From the NCBI GenBank assembly GCA_964188305.1, contig OZ076885.1: a stretch of DNA of 64,000 nt; one strand, given 5' to 3'. The DNA is from Podarcis bocagei. Lineage: Eukaryota. A program made the translations under genes and the position numbers. Below, one piece after another: positions 1 to 12,140 of this stretch (positions are counted from its first letter, which is position 1; each line of letters begins with the position of its first letter). Below the pieces are notes generated by a model. That model made no database searches. It was not told the origin of the DNA and saw only the letters and a list, made by a program, of their open reading frames with translations.

Positions 1-86
1 GTACTGAAGTCAGCGGGAATGAATAAATAAAAGGAAGACACAGAGCAGAGTGCTTCCATTTAAGGGAATAAAAAAAAACTACTCAC

Positions 87-370
87 ATTTACTAAAGGGG
101 TGGGGAGGGAAAGGGGGAAAGGGGACTCTTTCTTCAAGATATAATTCTCTCTTTACTACTTAGGAGCAAACCCCAAAACCAGCCTTCAGGGTATAAATAT
201 TTATGCCTTCTGCATATAAGCAGATGCAACATTTCCAATTAACTGTCGATCTTTCCAGACTCTCTCTCTTTTTTTTGTCTGCTGCAGTTTCAGTTCAGAA
301 TATAAAGATGAAATATGGATGGAACTTCCTTGATTTGCTGAGCTCAGATGTCTAATGCATTTCCACGTTC
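87..370 (-). other. Candidate non-coding (5'UTR) exon of a minus-strand gene continuing left of the window
   Basis: Minus-strand acceptor ttttatcttcAG|gaacg at 370 and donor aat|GTGAGT at 87; no frame open across the whole exon. Confidence 0.4.
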
Positions 371-578
371 CTGAAGATAAAAATTGCATGGCTTGTATGT
401 TTCCTTCTCAAGCTTTCTCTTACATTCCTTCTTACTTTTTAATGTGCATGTATTTTCATGCAAATGGAAAAGTACCATTCCAAAGGTCTCTTGGTGCAAT
501 ATAAATGTGGGCTAAGAAAGTGGTAAGTGCTAGGGGCAGCTAATGTGGGAACGTCAAGGAAGGTAGGAGAGGATGTAT

Positions 579-1156
579 TGTTTTGATATTATCCTTCCTC
601 ACTCAGGCGAGTGAGTAAACAGCAGAGCACATTCCCTTTGCAACTTATTGGAAGCAAGCTGATGATTCGCTCGAATCCTTTTATGAAGCAATCCAGTCTG
701 GATTGTTCCTGGTACCGTAAGTTTCCCCTTTATTTCCCTCTTAAAATAATAACAACGCCACATGGTCTTCTTTAAAAGTAAGAATTAAGTTTTATTCACA
801 CTCAGTTCACAGTCGTAATCTGAAGGCAGGCTTTATCTTGTAGCTACAGTGAAAAGAAGTCTGAGCTACATCTCACACTCTGCTTGTGGGCTCCACCCTA
901 TGCTGGCTAAGAGCCAGGAGAGTCCAAAAGTAAGGGAGTCAAGAGACCAAGAGAGAGATACTTGCATGGCCAGCTTTTTTATCTGGTCAGCTAGGGTCAG
1001 GCCCATCTATCTGATCCCACGCAGGGGGAAGAATCTCCAGAGCAGGTATGACAGGAAGTCCTCCCTGTCTGGAGCCACGTTCCCATGTGTCCATTCGAGG
1101 CAAAAGGAAAATGTTGTACTTGACTGCTCTAATATTAATACACCCCATAGCTAACA
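579..1156 (-). mobile_element. Putative solo LTR (left boundary uncertain, 579 or 704)
   Basis: TGTT...AACA termini; on the minus strand a TATA-like ATAAAAAA (~975) precedes AATAAA (~790); no clean TSD. Confidence 0.4.
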
Positions 1157-1164
1157 GTCAGAGG

Positions 1165-1347
1165 CACAGGAGCCAACTCCGAGGGGCCAAGGTCCATTTG
1201 GCCCTCCCAATAAAATATTTGAGGGGGCCTGGACCCCCACAGTTGATGGCCATTGCCATTCAAATGATGTGTGTGTGCTGCGTCATGTGATTGATTATGC
1301 AGGGCTTACCTGCTGCCGCTAATATTTCATTCAAATTGGCACCCCTG
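1165..1347. mobile_element. Non-autonomous hAT element inserted in a CR1 3' fragment
   Basis: Imperfect TIRs cacaggagccaa/ttggcacccctg; degenerate 8-bp TSD gtcagagg/gtgggagg. Confidence 0.6.
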
Positions 1348-1490
1348 GTGGGAGGCAGTAATGCTTCTGAATACCGGTTGCTAAAAACCTCAGGAGGGGA
1401 AAGGACTCTTGCCCTCAAGTCCTTCTTTGCAGGCTTCCCTCAGGCTTCTAGCTGGCCACTGTGAGAAGAGGATGCTTGGCTAGATGTCCA
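1348..1490 (+). mobile_element. CR1-type LINE 3' fragment
   Basis: ggaggcagtaatgcttctgaatacc...ggccactgtgag motif shared with copies at 38.6 and 46.8 kb. Confidence 0.55.
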
Positions 1491-2097
1491 GAAGAGGCCA
1501 CAGAGGCCAATTTCAGTCCTCCACTAGCAGCTTTTTCAGAAAGACCTAGCCTCATTTTACACAGATAATGCAGGTTTACGGAGCTTCTTTTTATACTCAC
1601 ACCAGGAGAAAATGGCTTATCTTCCATCAAGCCCTGTTTATAGTTAGGAAAACAGAAGAAGATGCTTCACTGCTTAATCTAAACCAGGGCTCATCAGAGG
1701 CCCTGGAATTGGAATGATTTGGGTCTATAAATATAAATCGCAGGTTGAGGACAGGCATAAAACACAACTTTAATCTGCGGAATCAGTCAGCAATCTCAGA
1801 CCTTCCTCTGCTCCAACAGTCCCACTGACCTGGGGCATGTTCATGAATTACTAATTTCTGAGAAAGGGTTGAGCAGCGTTCCAGATAAGAGAATGTCTCT
1901 AGACTGCAAACCATCACTTCAGGAACCAGTTTCAAAAGATGCTATTAGGCTGCTGACCTTTGCTTCCATGCGTTATGTGGAACTCTTTTTTAATCCTTTC
2001 TCTGCATTTGTGACTTAGATGGAGAAAATTGCCTCTGAGTATGGGCAGAGTGCTCTTTCTCCACCACTGAGGGCTGCTTCAAACATCACTTTTTCAT

Positions 2098-2139
2098 ATA
2101 GATAGATAGATAGATCGAAAGATAGATAGATAGATAGAT

Positions 2140-2171
<32 letters not shown>

Positions 2172-2192
2172 TAGATTATAGATAGATATAGA
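2098..2192. repeat. (GATA)n microsatellite
   Basis: Directly visible. Confidence 0.95.
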
Positions 2193-2771
2193 TTTACATA
2201 TTAGATGTTCAGGTGTCCACTGAAACATGCAACTGTGAATGCAACAAATGTATGAAATCATATAGGTACACTCATGAAGTAGCTATGAATGGTTGTGTGT
2301 CTCTGGCACCATTTCAGTTGAGCGCATACTCTCTAGATGAAGGTTAGATTCACCATTGCCAAATGCATGAAGTACCTTCAAAAACCATAGCTAGGCAGTG
2401 CTATTTTTCTATAAAAAGAGGTCCTGGAACTCACCATGAACGTCATTCTCTTAGAACAGCAATGGCGCCCACCTGAGAGGTGCTGTCAAGTTCTGGCTGG
2501 GGGGGGGGGAAGCCCTGCTAGTGAGCCCATGACACCTGAGATTATTTATTATTACACCTGAGATAACTTATTTACATCCTGTTTTCCTTCCGTTAGGGTT
2601 CAAGGCAACATACTATACAACAACCATGTGAGGAAAGTGAGCCTGAGACCACAACAGGCCTAAGTTCAGCTGGTAAGCTTCATGGCTGAATGTAGATTTG
2701 AACCGAGGTCTCCCCAGGGCTTGTCTGGCACATTAAGTGCTTCATCACACTGAGGCTGTGTATATTTAGAG

Positions 2772-3025
2772 CAGGGGTAGGCAACCTAAGGCCCAGGGGC
2801 CAGATGTGGCCCATTCGCCTTCTCAATCCGGCCCACGGATGGTCCAGGAATCAGCATGTTTTTACAAGAGTAGAATGTGTCCTTCTATTTAAAATGCATC
2901 TCTGGGTTATTTGTGGGGCATAGGAATTCGGTTTTTTTTCTTCTCCTCCAAAATATAGTCTGGCCCACCACATGGTCTGAGGGACGGTGGACCGGCCCAT
3001 GGCTGAAAAAGGTTGCTGACCCCTG
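2772..3025. mobile_element. hAT (Charlie-like) MITE
   Basis: TIRs caggggtaggcaacc/ggttgctgacccctg; perfect 8-bp TSD atttagag. Confidence 0.9.
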
Positions 3026-3696
3026 ATTTAGAGCATCCTGAAGAATCCTAGGCCCTGTGATTTGTTAAGGGTGCTAGGAATTATTATTCTCTAAGGCCTA
3101 AACGATAGCTCCACGATTCTTTGGAGGAAGCAATGCACTTTAAATGTGTGGTGTGCATGCAGCCATTCTCCAATTAGGGAGCATGGTTTTGGATCAAGCA
3201 TCAAGGTCTGCAAAATAATAAAATTATACTGCAGAAGATTGATTGAACTTCTGACTGCAGGTGGGGGAAATGATTTACCAGAAAACAAAATGAGGCAGAG
3301 CCTGGGAAGAAGGGATACAGAAAGCACAAATACTGAAGGCAAGGGGGAAAATGCTTTCTACTGTCACAGTCTGAAAGCGGTTTTCAACAGACTCCGCTTC
3401 CTCCCCTCATCCACAGAAGGCTGTGTTCTTCTAGTGCTTTCTCCATTTAATGAGATGGGAAACCCAAGACACGCAATGTGAGGCGAAAGATGAGAACCAT
3501 TTCTCCCTGGGACCGTCTTCCATGTTGAGGGAAATGTAGGATGTCCTGTCAGGGGTCTCTCCTGGCTTCAGTTCAGGGAGAACGTCTAAACTGGGGAAGG
3601 CATAGTTATCTGTAATTCAAAGCCCCCATGAGGCGAGTATGCCTCTCCTTGCTTTTCACCTTCTGAAGCCTCTCAAAGTCAGCTCTTACACATGCT

Positions 3697-3710
3697 GTTT
3701 CTATGGAAAC
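3697..3710. promoter_or_regulatory. RFX X-box-like motif
   Basis: GTTTCTATGGAAAC near-palindrome resembling GTTNCCATGGNAAC. Confidence 0.35.
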
Positions 3711-4350
3711 GGCAGAAGGGCTTTAAACCCATCCATGCTGCAGTGCTATTGGACGTGACTCTTCTGCACTGATCCTGGCCTTCTCTTGCTTGCCTTTCCC
3801 GGCCCCAGTTCAACCTGGCAACTGTGCTCTGCTTTCTTTTTTTTCATTGATTACTTCTTTCCTAGAGACCTTCATTCCCTGTTTGTGCATCCTTCAAGTC
3901 CAAAGCGGGAACAGGGCCCAGTACTTCCAGACCTACATTTTTGAACATTATGGATCGACAATCTGAGAAGCACAGCATGGGACCAAGCAGAGGCAGTCAG
4001 GGGCTGTCGAGACATTCTACATCGAGGTTCGAAAGCATGCGCTTGGTTATATTAAAGATTAAAACACAAGAGGTAGCCTGACAGCCACAAGGCACAATTC
4101 CCCTTGGTAATTGCTGTTAGTTTAAACAGAGCGTTGCGGAATTGGGTCAGATGGCACAGCCCACATCAACAAGTGTGGTGCTACACCTTTTTGTAGCCTT
4201 GCCTAGAGGTCCCTTCCCTGCTCTACTTTCTGCTTAGTGCTGTAGGAGCTGAGGGGAAGGTTCTGTCTGGCACTGTCCTTGCGCTCCTTGACTTCCCTGT
4301 CAATACTCCTTTCTCCATCACTGACCTTAAGAACATGAGACAAGCCTGCT

Positions 4351-4655
4351 CCATCGTTCTACCCGGACACTGAGGTCCAGCGCCAAGGGCCTTCTGGCGG
4401 TTCCCTCACTGCGAGAAGTGAGGCTACAGGGAACCAGGCAGAGGGCCTTCTCGGTAGTGGCGCCCTCCCTGTGGAACGCCCTCCCACCAGATGTCAAAGA
4501 GAACAACAACTACCAGACTTTTAGAAGGCCTCTGAAGGCAGCCCTGTTTAGGGAAGCTTTTAATGTTTGATGTATCATAGTATTTTAATATTCTTTTGGA
4601 AGCTGCCCAGAGTGGCTGGGGAAACCCAGCCAGATGGGCGGGGTATAAATAATAA

Positions 4656-4697
<42 letters not shown>
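4351..4697 (+). mobile_element. L2-type LINE 3' end with (TAT)n tail, interrupting a minus-strand CR1 3' fragment (4327-4350 plus about 4700-4895)
   Basis: gcccagagtggctggggaaacccagccagatgggcgggg tail shared with copies at 44.4 and 57.4 kb. Confidence 0.8.
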
Positions 4698-4700
<3 letters not shown>

Positions 4701-5004
4701 CCGATAGCCCATTTGTTCCAGCATCCTGTTCTCACGGAAGCCAAACAGATTCCTGTAGGAAACTGGCAAGCAGGAGACAAGCAGAAGAGCACTCCCCCCC
4801 CCCCCCAGGATGCTTCCAGCAATGGACACTTCTGAATATCCATGCCTCTGACAATGGAAGCACAGCAGAGTCAACATGGCTAGCCGTCAATGACCTGGCA
4901 ATCCCCTTTCTGATGGTTTCAATTGCTTGGAGAAGTGGTGAAGAATGAATGTTGCAAGAATACTTACCCTTCTACTTCCTACTGCTTTTTTGTGAAAGGG
5001 GAAC

Positions 5005-5160
5005 TTGCATGGATAGCTCAGTTGTTCAGAGTGTGGTGCTGATAGTGCCAAGGTTGACAGTTCGCTTCCCGCATGGGACAGCTGCATATTCCTGCATTGC
5101 AGGGGGTTCAGCTAGATGATCCCCTGGTCCCTTCCAACTCTATAATTCTGTGATTCTATG
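5005..5160 (+). mobile_element. tRNA-Ile-derived SINE with CR1-like tail
   Basis: Head resembles tRNA-Ile (tagctcagttg...gtggtgctgat...gccaaggt...gttcg); ends in attctatg repeats. Confidence 0.7.
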
Positions 5161-5744
5161 CCTCTCCCGTGGGAAAATGCGAAAGCTTCACAAGCATCCA
5201 GGGCCTACAGGTCTTCCTGCACAGGAGAGAAGAGAGCTGCCTTATCAATTGTTGGAAGATGCAGCACAGACTCTGTAATCCTTCTGCTTTGAGTGGAAAC
5301 TCCTTTACTGCTAAGGAGAGACATTTAATAATAATAGTGATTCTCTCCATGTGTACATGCTACGTGGCTACTTTTCAGATTTATTTAGCTTTTCTTCAGC
5401 TGTATCCATGAATAAGGCCCAAAAGAAATCAGAGACCCAGGAAATGGTGCAGTCCCCTCGGAACATTTCCCTATGGAGCTAGTCACAATTGCTGCAGAAA
5501 TCCTAGATGTGTGGTTGAACTGCCAGAAAAAAAGCTCTAAATTCTCCATAGCACCTATCAGCACAAGGGGGGAAGAAGCCTCATCAAACTCTGTACAACT
5601 GTGGCCTCATCTACACATTTGTTTGTCCCATGACAAGAAGTCATGGGTCCAAGAGGCTGGATTTATCGTCCCACCACAAAACCCGCTGTTCACTGCTGAA
5701 TCGGAACAAACAACAAGCCACAGAACATTACTATTCATTATATA

Positions 5745-6108
5745 AAAGTAAAGGTAAAGGTACCCCTGCCCGAACGGGCCAGTCTTGACAGACTCTGGGG
5801 TTTGTGCGCCCATCTCACTTTATCGGCCGTGGGCCAGCGCTGTCCGGAGACACTTCCGGGTCACGTGGCCAGCGTGACAAAGCTGCATCTGGCGAGCCAG
5901 CGCAGCACACGGAACGCTGTTTACCTTCCCGCTGGTAAGCAGTACCTATTTATCTACTTGCACCCAGGGGTGCTTTCGAACTGCTAGGTTGGCAGGCGCT
6001 GGGACCGAGCAGCGGGAGCGCACCCCGCCGCGGGGATTCGAAACGCCGACCTTTCGATCGGCAAGCCCTAGGCGCTGAGGCTTTTACCCACAGCGCCACC
6101 CGCGTCCC
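5745..6108 (-). mobile_element. Sauria SINE, full length
   Basis: 5' GGGACGCGGGTGGCGCTGTGGG tRNA-like head, (ACCTTT)n tail, TSD tattcattatata. Confidence 0.92.
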
Positions 6109-6295
6109 GTTATTCATTATATACCGCCACCCATATATATTGGGCTTTACAAAGAATGGAGTCTGTTTCCCAAGGGCCTTACAATCTAGATTGTCCTTTG
6201 CTTTGATTCAACAGGGCTGCCCTTGCATTCTTGTAGGGAGCTCTAAGAAAAGGCAATCAAGGGATGCAGAGCCCCATTGGCAGAACAATTTAGAT

Positions 6296-6508
6296 CAGTG
6301 GCTCCCAAACTCCCTCTCCCACCACAAACCACTTGAAAATTGCCAAGGGTCTCAGCAGCCACTTAAATGAATTCTCTGCCTTTGTAGCAATTGCACTGCG
6401 CTGTGCCAGATGCTGTATGATTTTGTGTTGTTGCAGACAGGCCACCAGCTACCTTAATGGACCTTGCTGACCACCAGTGGTCCACAAACCAGTTTGGGAA
6501 CCCCCCCA
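6296..6508. mobile_element. hAT MITE
   Basis: cagtggctcccaaac / gtttgggaaccc ends; TSD atttagat. Confidence 0.75.
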
Positions 6509-6763
6509 ATTTAGATCGCTGTAATAAGAGAAGGATGCAAACCTCTCTCTCAAGATACAAACAGTGTTTCTTGGAGGTTACTGTAGTAGCTGAGGCTGCA
6601 GCAGTGAGTGCGATGTGGGTTGTTTAATATCTAGCCAGGTGCCAGGTGGGGAGTGCATCTGTTGTATTGAAATCAGTGCTGTCTGTGTTTCTAATAGTGA
6701 CATCAGCAGCTGGTTATTTCACCCCTGAGGCTGCTTCTGCTGCGTCGCGAAGAAGATGCATAC

Positions 6764-6916
6764 CACGTGCTTGTTGTTGTCCCAAAGGACGGTCTTTTGT
6801 TGGGGCATTGCACCATTAAGCCTGGATGATTTCTGTCCCTTGCTGCTTTTTGAAGTAGGCTTAGGGTGTTTGCAGCTCTGTGCTGGTGGTAAGTAGGCAA
6901 AGATGTTTCAAGATGG
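6764..6916 (-). other. Candidate internal exon (153 bp), probably 5'UTR, minus strand
   Basis: Strong acceptor ttccttgctcgatgtttctttcAG and donor gtg|GTATGC; one frame open but no recognisable protein. Confidence 0.4.
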
Positions 6917-7568
6917 CTGAAAGAAACATCGAGCAAGGAACAGAGCAACCACACAGTGCCTGTTCCCTTATAAATATGGAGTGAATTATACAGATGGCAG
7001 AATCAGAAAGTGATGGCCTTTCTGAACACTCTTTTTTAAGCTTTGTTAAGGGGGGGGGGGAATCAATACAGCATTTTATACAAACCTTCTCCCAACCCTG
7101 ATGTGCTTTTGGCTTCACTGTCTCAGGCTGCATACACACTGCACATTTACAGCACATTACCTTTGCCCCAAAATATTGGAAACTGTAGTTCACTCCTCAG
7201 AGAGCCACAGTTTCCAGCAGCTTTAACAAACTACCATGCCTAGGATTCTTGAAGTGTGCTTTTAGATTTATGAAGCATACCCTCCAACATTTCTCTGATG
7301 AAAATAGGAACATCCCATACCATACTTATAATTTACTATTTATACCCCACACATCTTACTGGATTGCCCCAGACACTCTGGGCAGCTTCCAACATATATA
7401 AAAACATAATAAAACAGAAAACTTTTTTTTTTTAAATCCCTATACAGGATTGCCTTCAGACGGCTTGTTTTTCCCATCAAAAACTTCCATCAGTCTCTTT
7501 CAGTATGAAGGGCACCAGATTGGGAAGTTTATTTTGGAGGGGGAGGGGAGAGCATTGGAGGCTTAAAT

Positions 7569-8297
7569 TAGGGTTGCCATATTTCTTAAAGTAAAAACCA
7601 GGATTCCCCGAAAGTTGTTGAGCTATTTTTTACAAAACGCCAACCTTCCCCCCCCCACATGCAATTTTTCAATTGAGTTGCCTAAGATCCAGCACTGCCT
7701 TTTGGAAATTCCCCCCGGACATCAATTCTGCCTTTGAAATCCCAGTAATAATAAATAATAATAAATTTTTATTTATACCCCGCCCTTCCCAGTTCAGAAA
7801 ACCCGGCTCAGGGTGGCTAACAACAAATTTAAAACACTTAATTGTAATACAACATAGAAGCAGCATAAAATACAGTATAAAAGCATGAATGACAATAAAA
7901 TTCAAAGTACAAAAATCAATTTGGGGGAAATTCATCCAATAAGCATTAGATAGTCACCAGGGCTAGCTGGCTGAATTAGTCCTACTTGGGCCAGCGAGGA
8001 GGCCAGGGGAGAATTAGCTGTGGTGTCTGAGAGAGGGTAATCTTCATAAAAGGGGAGGGGGAGGGAAGAGAAGGGAAATAAAAGATCAGGCTGGATTCAA
8101 ATTAAAGGCCAGGCGGAATAGCTCTGTCTTACAGGCCTGGCGGAAGGAGGTTAAATCCTGTAGGGCCCAAGTCTCATGGGACAGAGCATTCCACCAGATC
8201 GGAGCCATCACTGAAAAGGCCCTGGCCCTGGTGGAGGATAGTCTGACTTCCTTAGGGCCAGTAATGTTCATGAAAATCTGGATGTATGGCAGCCCTA
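7569..8297. mobile_element. hAT element (TAGGGTTGCC...GGCAGCCCTA) interrupted by an L2 insertion
   Basis: TIRs and flanking cttaaat duplication. Confidence 0.7.
7750..8257 (-). mobile_element. L2-type LINE 3' fragment
   Basis: Translates RAFSVMAPIWWNAL...FRQACKTELF (L2 ORF2 end); TSD ccagtaat. Confidence 0.8.
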
Positions 8298-9607
8298 CTT
8301 AAATTGCATTTTGTAGTATCTGTTTATTCAAAGCCCTTTAAGGCTGAAGGAGCAGGGAGAAAAATCTCTGCTTGCTCCAGAGATCCAAAGCAGCTGCATC
8401 TATCAGCCAGGAACCTCTTTGCAACATTCCCATTTGGAAACCATTTTTTAAGATCCAGGGCTGGGCATCCAGTACTCCTATCTTCCCCTATTACTTGGAA
8501 TTCTTCACCTGAGCATAGAAATCTGCAGCTGTCCCATAGCACAGATGCACAGTGCACAGTGCTCCTTTCCCCTCCCCTCCCCTGCTGAACTACTCAGACA
8601 GGAAAGAAAAAACCACATGCCTGAAGGGTTCTTTGGAAAGACATTGCCCAGAATACTCCCTGCTGTTTCTGCCCTGCCTCTGCAGCCTTGCTTATGGTAC
8701 GGATGCTGGCTCAGTCCACAGGCTTTGACAAGATGTATTCAGATCCATTCCAGTCCTGGAGATCTCCAATTCTACATATGCACATGGTGGTTGATGTTGC
8801 TTTGTGACTGCTCTGACAGCTCCTTCCTTTTAAATGCATGGGTTTGCAAGCTGGAGTGTTATTAATTGCCAAACAGCCTGCAAGCGCTATTATCGTTTAT
8901 TCTGTAAAAGTTGTTAGCTCGCTTACTTTGGAAGTGTCCAGCTGTGTCCCAAGTGACCTTCCTTCATTCTGGGAAAGTCAACTGAGTACAGTATAAAAAT
9001 TCACCTGTATCAAAGCTCGCTTGTTCACTAGACAGTGACTGCTGTCTGATATTTGTCCTGAGTTTTTACTGCTCGGTAAAAACTGTGTCTCTCCTGAATT
9101 AATAGCATCCATTAATCATACAGTAATGCCTCTTTGCTGCATCACAGCCTATAATTCAAATTATTCTCCTCCAGCTGTGGTACTGCCCTGCAGGATGAGG
9201 GCACTCCTAGGTCAAGTGGTTGCCCAAAATCCTATGTACACTGTACAAACAGTGAAGAATTCTTTGTTGGAAAAAGATGACTACTCGCACTGTTCCTAGC
9301 TTAGCAGAGATTCTGTCTCACACCTTCCAATGCTGTGATATTGGCTATGACAAATCAGATGTACAAAATAAACTGATGCCTTATACTGGACCAATTTCAA
9401 TTGTTTAACTAAAAGTATAAAATTTTACCTGTTTTATAGTTCTCAAGCCAGTTTTCAAGTTCCAGATTTCACTCTGGTTGTGGGAGTGACCTAATTCTTC
9501 CTCCAGGAAAGCTTTGCTTCCAGACAGAGCCGTTTGCGGTATTAAGACATGCTAACTCAGCACACCTAAATCTGTTTACACACTATATTTTTAAAGCACA
9601 TTCCAAG

Positions 9608-9615
9608 CACACACA

Positions 9616-9653
<38 letters not shown>

Positions 9654-9660
9654 TAGAGAG
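9608..9660. repeat. (CA)n(GA)n microsatellite
   Basis: Directly visible. Confidence 0.95.
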
Positions 9661-9911
9661 AATTCTGGTCACTGTGGTTTACCCCATACAGAGTTACACT
9701 TCTCAGCAACCTTTAACAAACTACAACACCCAGAATTCTTTGAGGCTAAAATGTGCTTTTAATGTGCTTTAAAGGTATAGTGTCTATGCAGCCTGAGAGG
9801 CACAACCCACAGACAGCTGTCATCCCTGTACTGGTTCCTGCTAGCATAAATTTCATAGGACAGGCATGGCGTCCTCCAAATAAGGGAACATCCTGCAAAC
9901 ATTGTGCAGTA

Positions 9912-10144
9912 CATTTTTACCTCATGTTACAAATGCTTCACGTTACAAACACTTCGGGTTACAAACTCCGCTAACCCCGAAGTAGTACCTTGGGTTCAGA
10001 ACTTTGCCTCAGAATGAGAACGGAAATCACGCACTGGCGGCAGTGGGAGGCCCCATTAACGAAAGCGCGCCTCAGGTTAAGAACAGTTTCGGGTTAAGGA
10101 CGGACCTCCGGAACGAATTAAGTTTGTAACCCAAGGTACCACTG
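9912..10144. mobile_element. Tc1/mariner MITE
   Basis: Right TIR ggtaccactg plus TA; same family as 11383 and 30917. Confidence 0.8.
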
Positions 10145-11382
10145 TATTATGCCTCTTTTCAATTTTATTCTATCGCAATGCTGTGCCGTACACTTCTGGT
10201 TCAGCACCTCCTGACCCAGTGATTGTGACCTTGGTCTCAAAATGTGCTTGCGATCTCTGCAGATGGCTGTCCTGTACTCAGCACTAACTGGAACACAGAA
10301 CGCTGCCATTTGAGGGTGGAGAGAGATGGTTCTCACCCTAGAAGGCCTGATGGCATTTTCATTCATGTCACAGCTGGGGAGCTGGTTCACACATGCACAG
10401 CCCCATCTTGAATTTTCTCCATGTCTATATAATGACTGGCCAGCAAGAAAAGGAACTAACTCCCCTGAAAAGATACAGAATTTCTATCTATGGTGCCAAA
10501 TCTGGCTCATTCACACACCTGAGTAATAACTGCATGTTGCAGTCACCCAGTGATAAGGCGGACTTGTGTGCATCAATCAGCCCTTGGCCTCATGCCGGTC
10601 AGGTGCATGTACGAATGCTGCACAGAAGTGCGATGAGGGAACCATTTTAAAAATGAATGGACATTAATAGCTAGTGCATATTTTACACCCACTGTACAGG
10701 TGCAGAAAATGAAGAGGGGAGAAAAGATGTATCTGTCCTAAACATAGTTCCCTCCTAGTCTCATTGATTTTAGTGACCAGGAACTAGGCACAGCCTCAAA
10801 GGAAACTCCATAAAATCCTCCCTTCCCGATTTACTATGTACTGTATGGTCTTTGCTTCAATACGGTTAGAGCCCAGTTTGTGATATATATCAGGGAGGAG
10901 AGGAAAGGCAGTAGCTTGTTGGCACGAAGGCAGAACCTTAACAATATCAGGCAGCTGCCATTTACAAAATGGTCCCCTGCAGTGCCTGGCTCCATCCCTG
11001 GAGCGCGTTGCCTTCCTCTGCTTGTGACCTAATCTCTCAACCTGCTCCTCTTCTCCTCCCTCCCTCCTCTCTCTTTCATTTCAGCATCCAGTCACTCATC
11101 ACTGGTGGCCTGGCAGGAGCCTGTTAAGGCAAAATCAGACCCTCAGCATCGATCCATCAGAAGCCATTCACCCTATGCTTTATGGTGAAACACACACAAA
11201 ATAATAAATTGTGTGTGTGTCTTCTATATTGCTTCGGCTTCATGGTGACATCTCTCTGCACCTCAGGGTGAAATTCATTGAGAAGGGCTGTTTGCGATGG
11301 TCATATCTGGTAGAGCGCTTTCCCCCCATCTTGTAAGCTTGCTTTGTTTTTTCTTCCCCAGGGTGGGGATGTTTTGTCAGTA

Positions 11383-11613
11383 CAGTGGTACCTCGGGTTA
11401 AGTACTTAATTTGTTCCAGAGGTCTGTACTTAACCTGAAACTGTTTTTAACCTGAAGCACCACTTTAGCTAATGGGGCCTCCCGCTGCCGCTGCGCGATT
11501 TCTGTTCTCATCCTGAAGCAAAGTTCTTAACCCAAGGTAATATTTCTGGGTTAGCGGAGTCTGTAACCTGAGGCGTATGCAGCCTGAAGCGTATGTAACC
11601 CGAGGTACCACTG
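11383..11613. mobile_element. Tc1/mariner MITE
   Basis: TA-cagtggtacctcgggtta...taacccgaggtaccactg-TA. Confidence 0.92.
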
Positions 11614-11898
11614 TATTGAGCAGTGACAGCCCTGCATAAAGAGGACTAGAAGGCTGACAACAACAGCAGCAGTGATACCAGGAAAGGCAAGGGTAGCCAC
11701 TCCGGCGTCTGCCAAGGGCTGGGGGCTGATGGGGGAGAAACAGAAAAAGAAAGAGAGAGAGAGAGATTTCCAAGTAAACAAATCCACCAGAACACCAAAC
11801 CTCGCTGATAGACTGGAGCAGGGTACCTCTGGGCAGAGAGTTAGGGACACGTTTCTTTCTCAGCTTTGCCAGGGCACGTTGGGAGGGGAGGCAATTAC

Positions 11899-12140
11899 TT
11901 GCTCTCCAACACGGTATCGATCGATCTGCTGCCGCCGCTGCGGCATATCGGATCTCAGGCCACGTCCCCGCTGCTTGTGGCTCCCCTCCGCCCTCTATAA
12001 ATCCCCCTCCTCCTGCTCCCTCCGTAGCAGCACGTGGCTTGCAGCCAGATGAGGCGATGCAGGCATATCGATCAATCTGCTCACTCGCTCCGTCGCCATG
12101 GCAACCCCTTTGCTGCTGCTGCCCCCGCCGCTACCGCAGT
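11899..12140 (-). promoter_or_regulatory. CpG-rich promoter/first exon with RFX X-box (12092-12105); strand inferred
   Basis: High CpG density outside any repeat; GTCGCCATGGCAAC X-box; CACGTG E-box; minus-strand donor caa|GTAATT at 11899; a plus-strand TATAAAT at ~11996 leaves orientation ambiguous. Confidence 0.55.

Noticed and set aside
5005-5085. tRNA-Ile gene
   Set aside because: Degenerate stems and continues into a SINE body; several decayed copies.
9061-9084. Hairpin agtttttac-tgctcg-gtaaaaact as miRNA or terminator
   Set aside because: A 9-bp AT-rich stem is too short and expected by chance.
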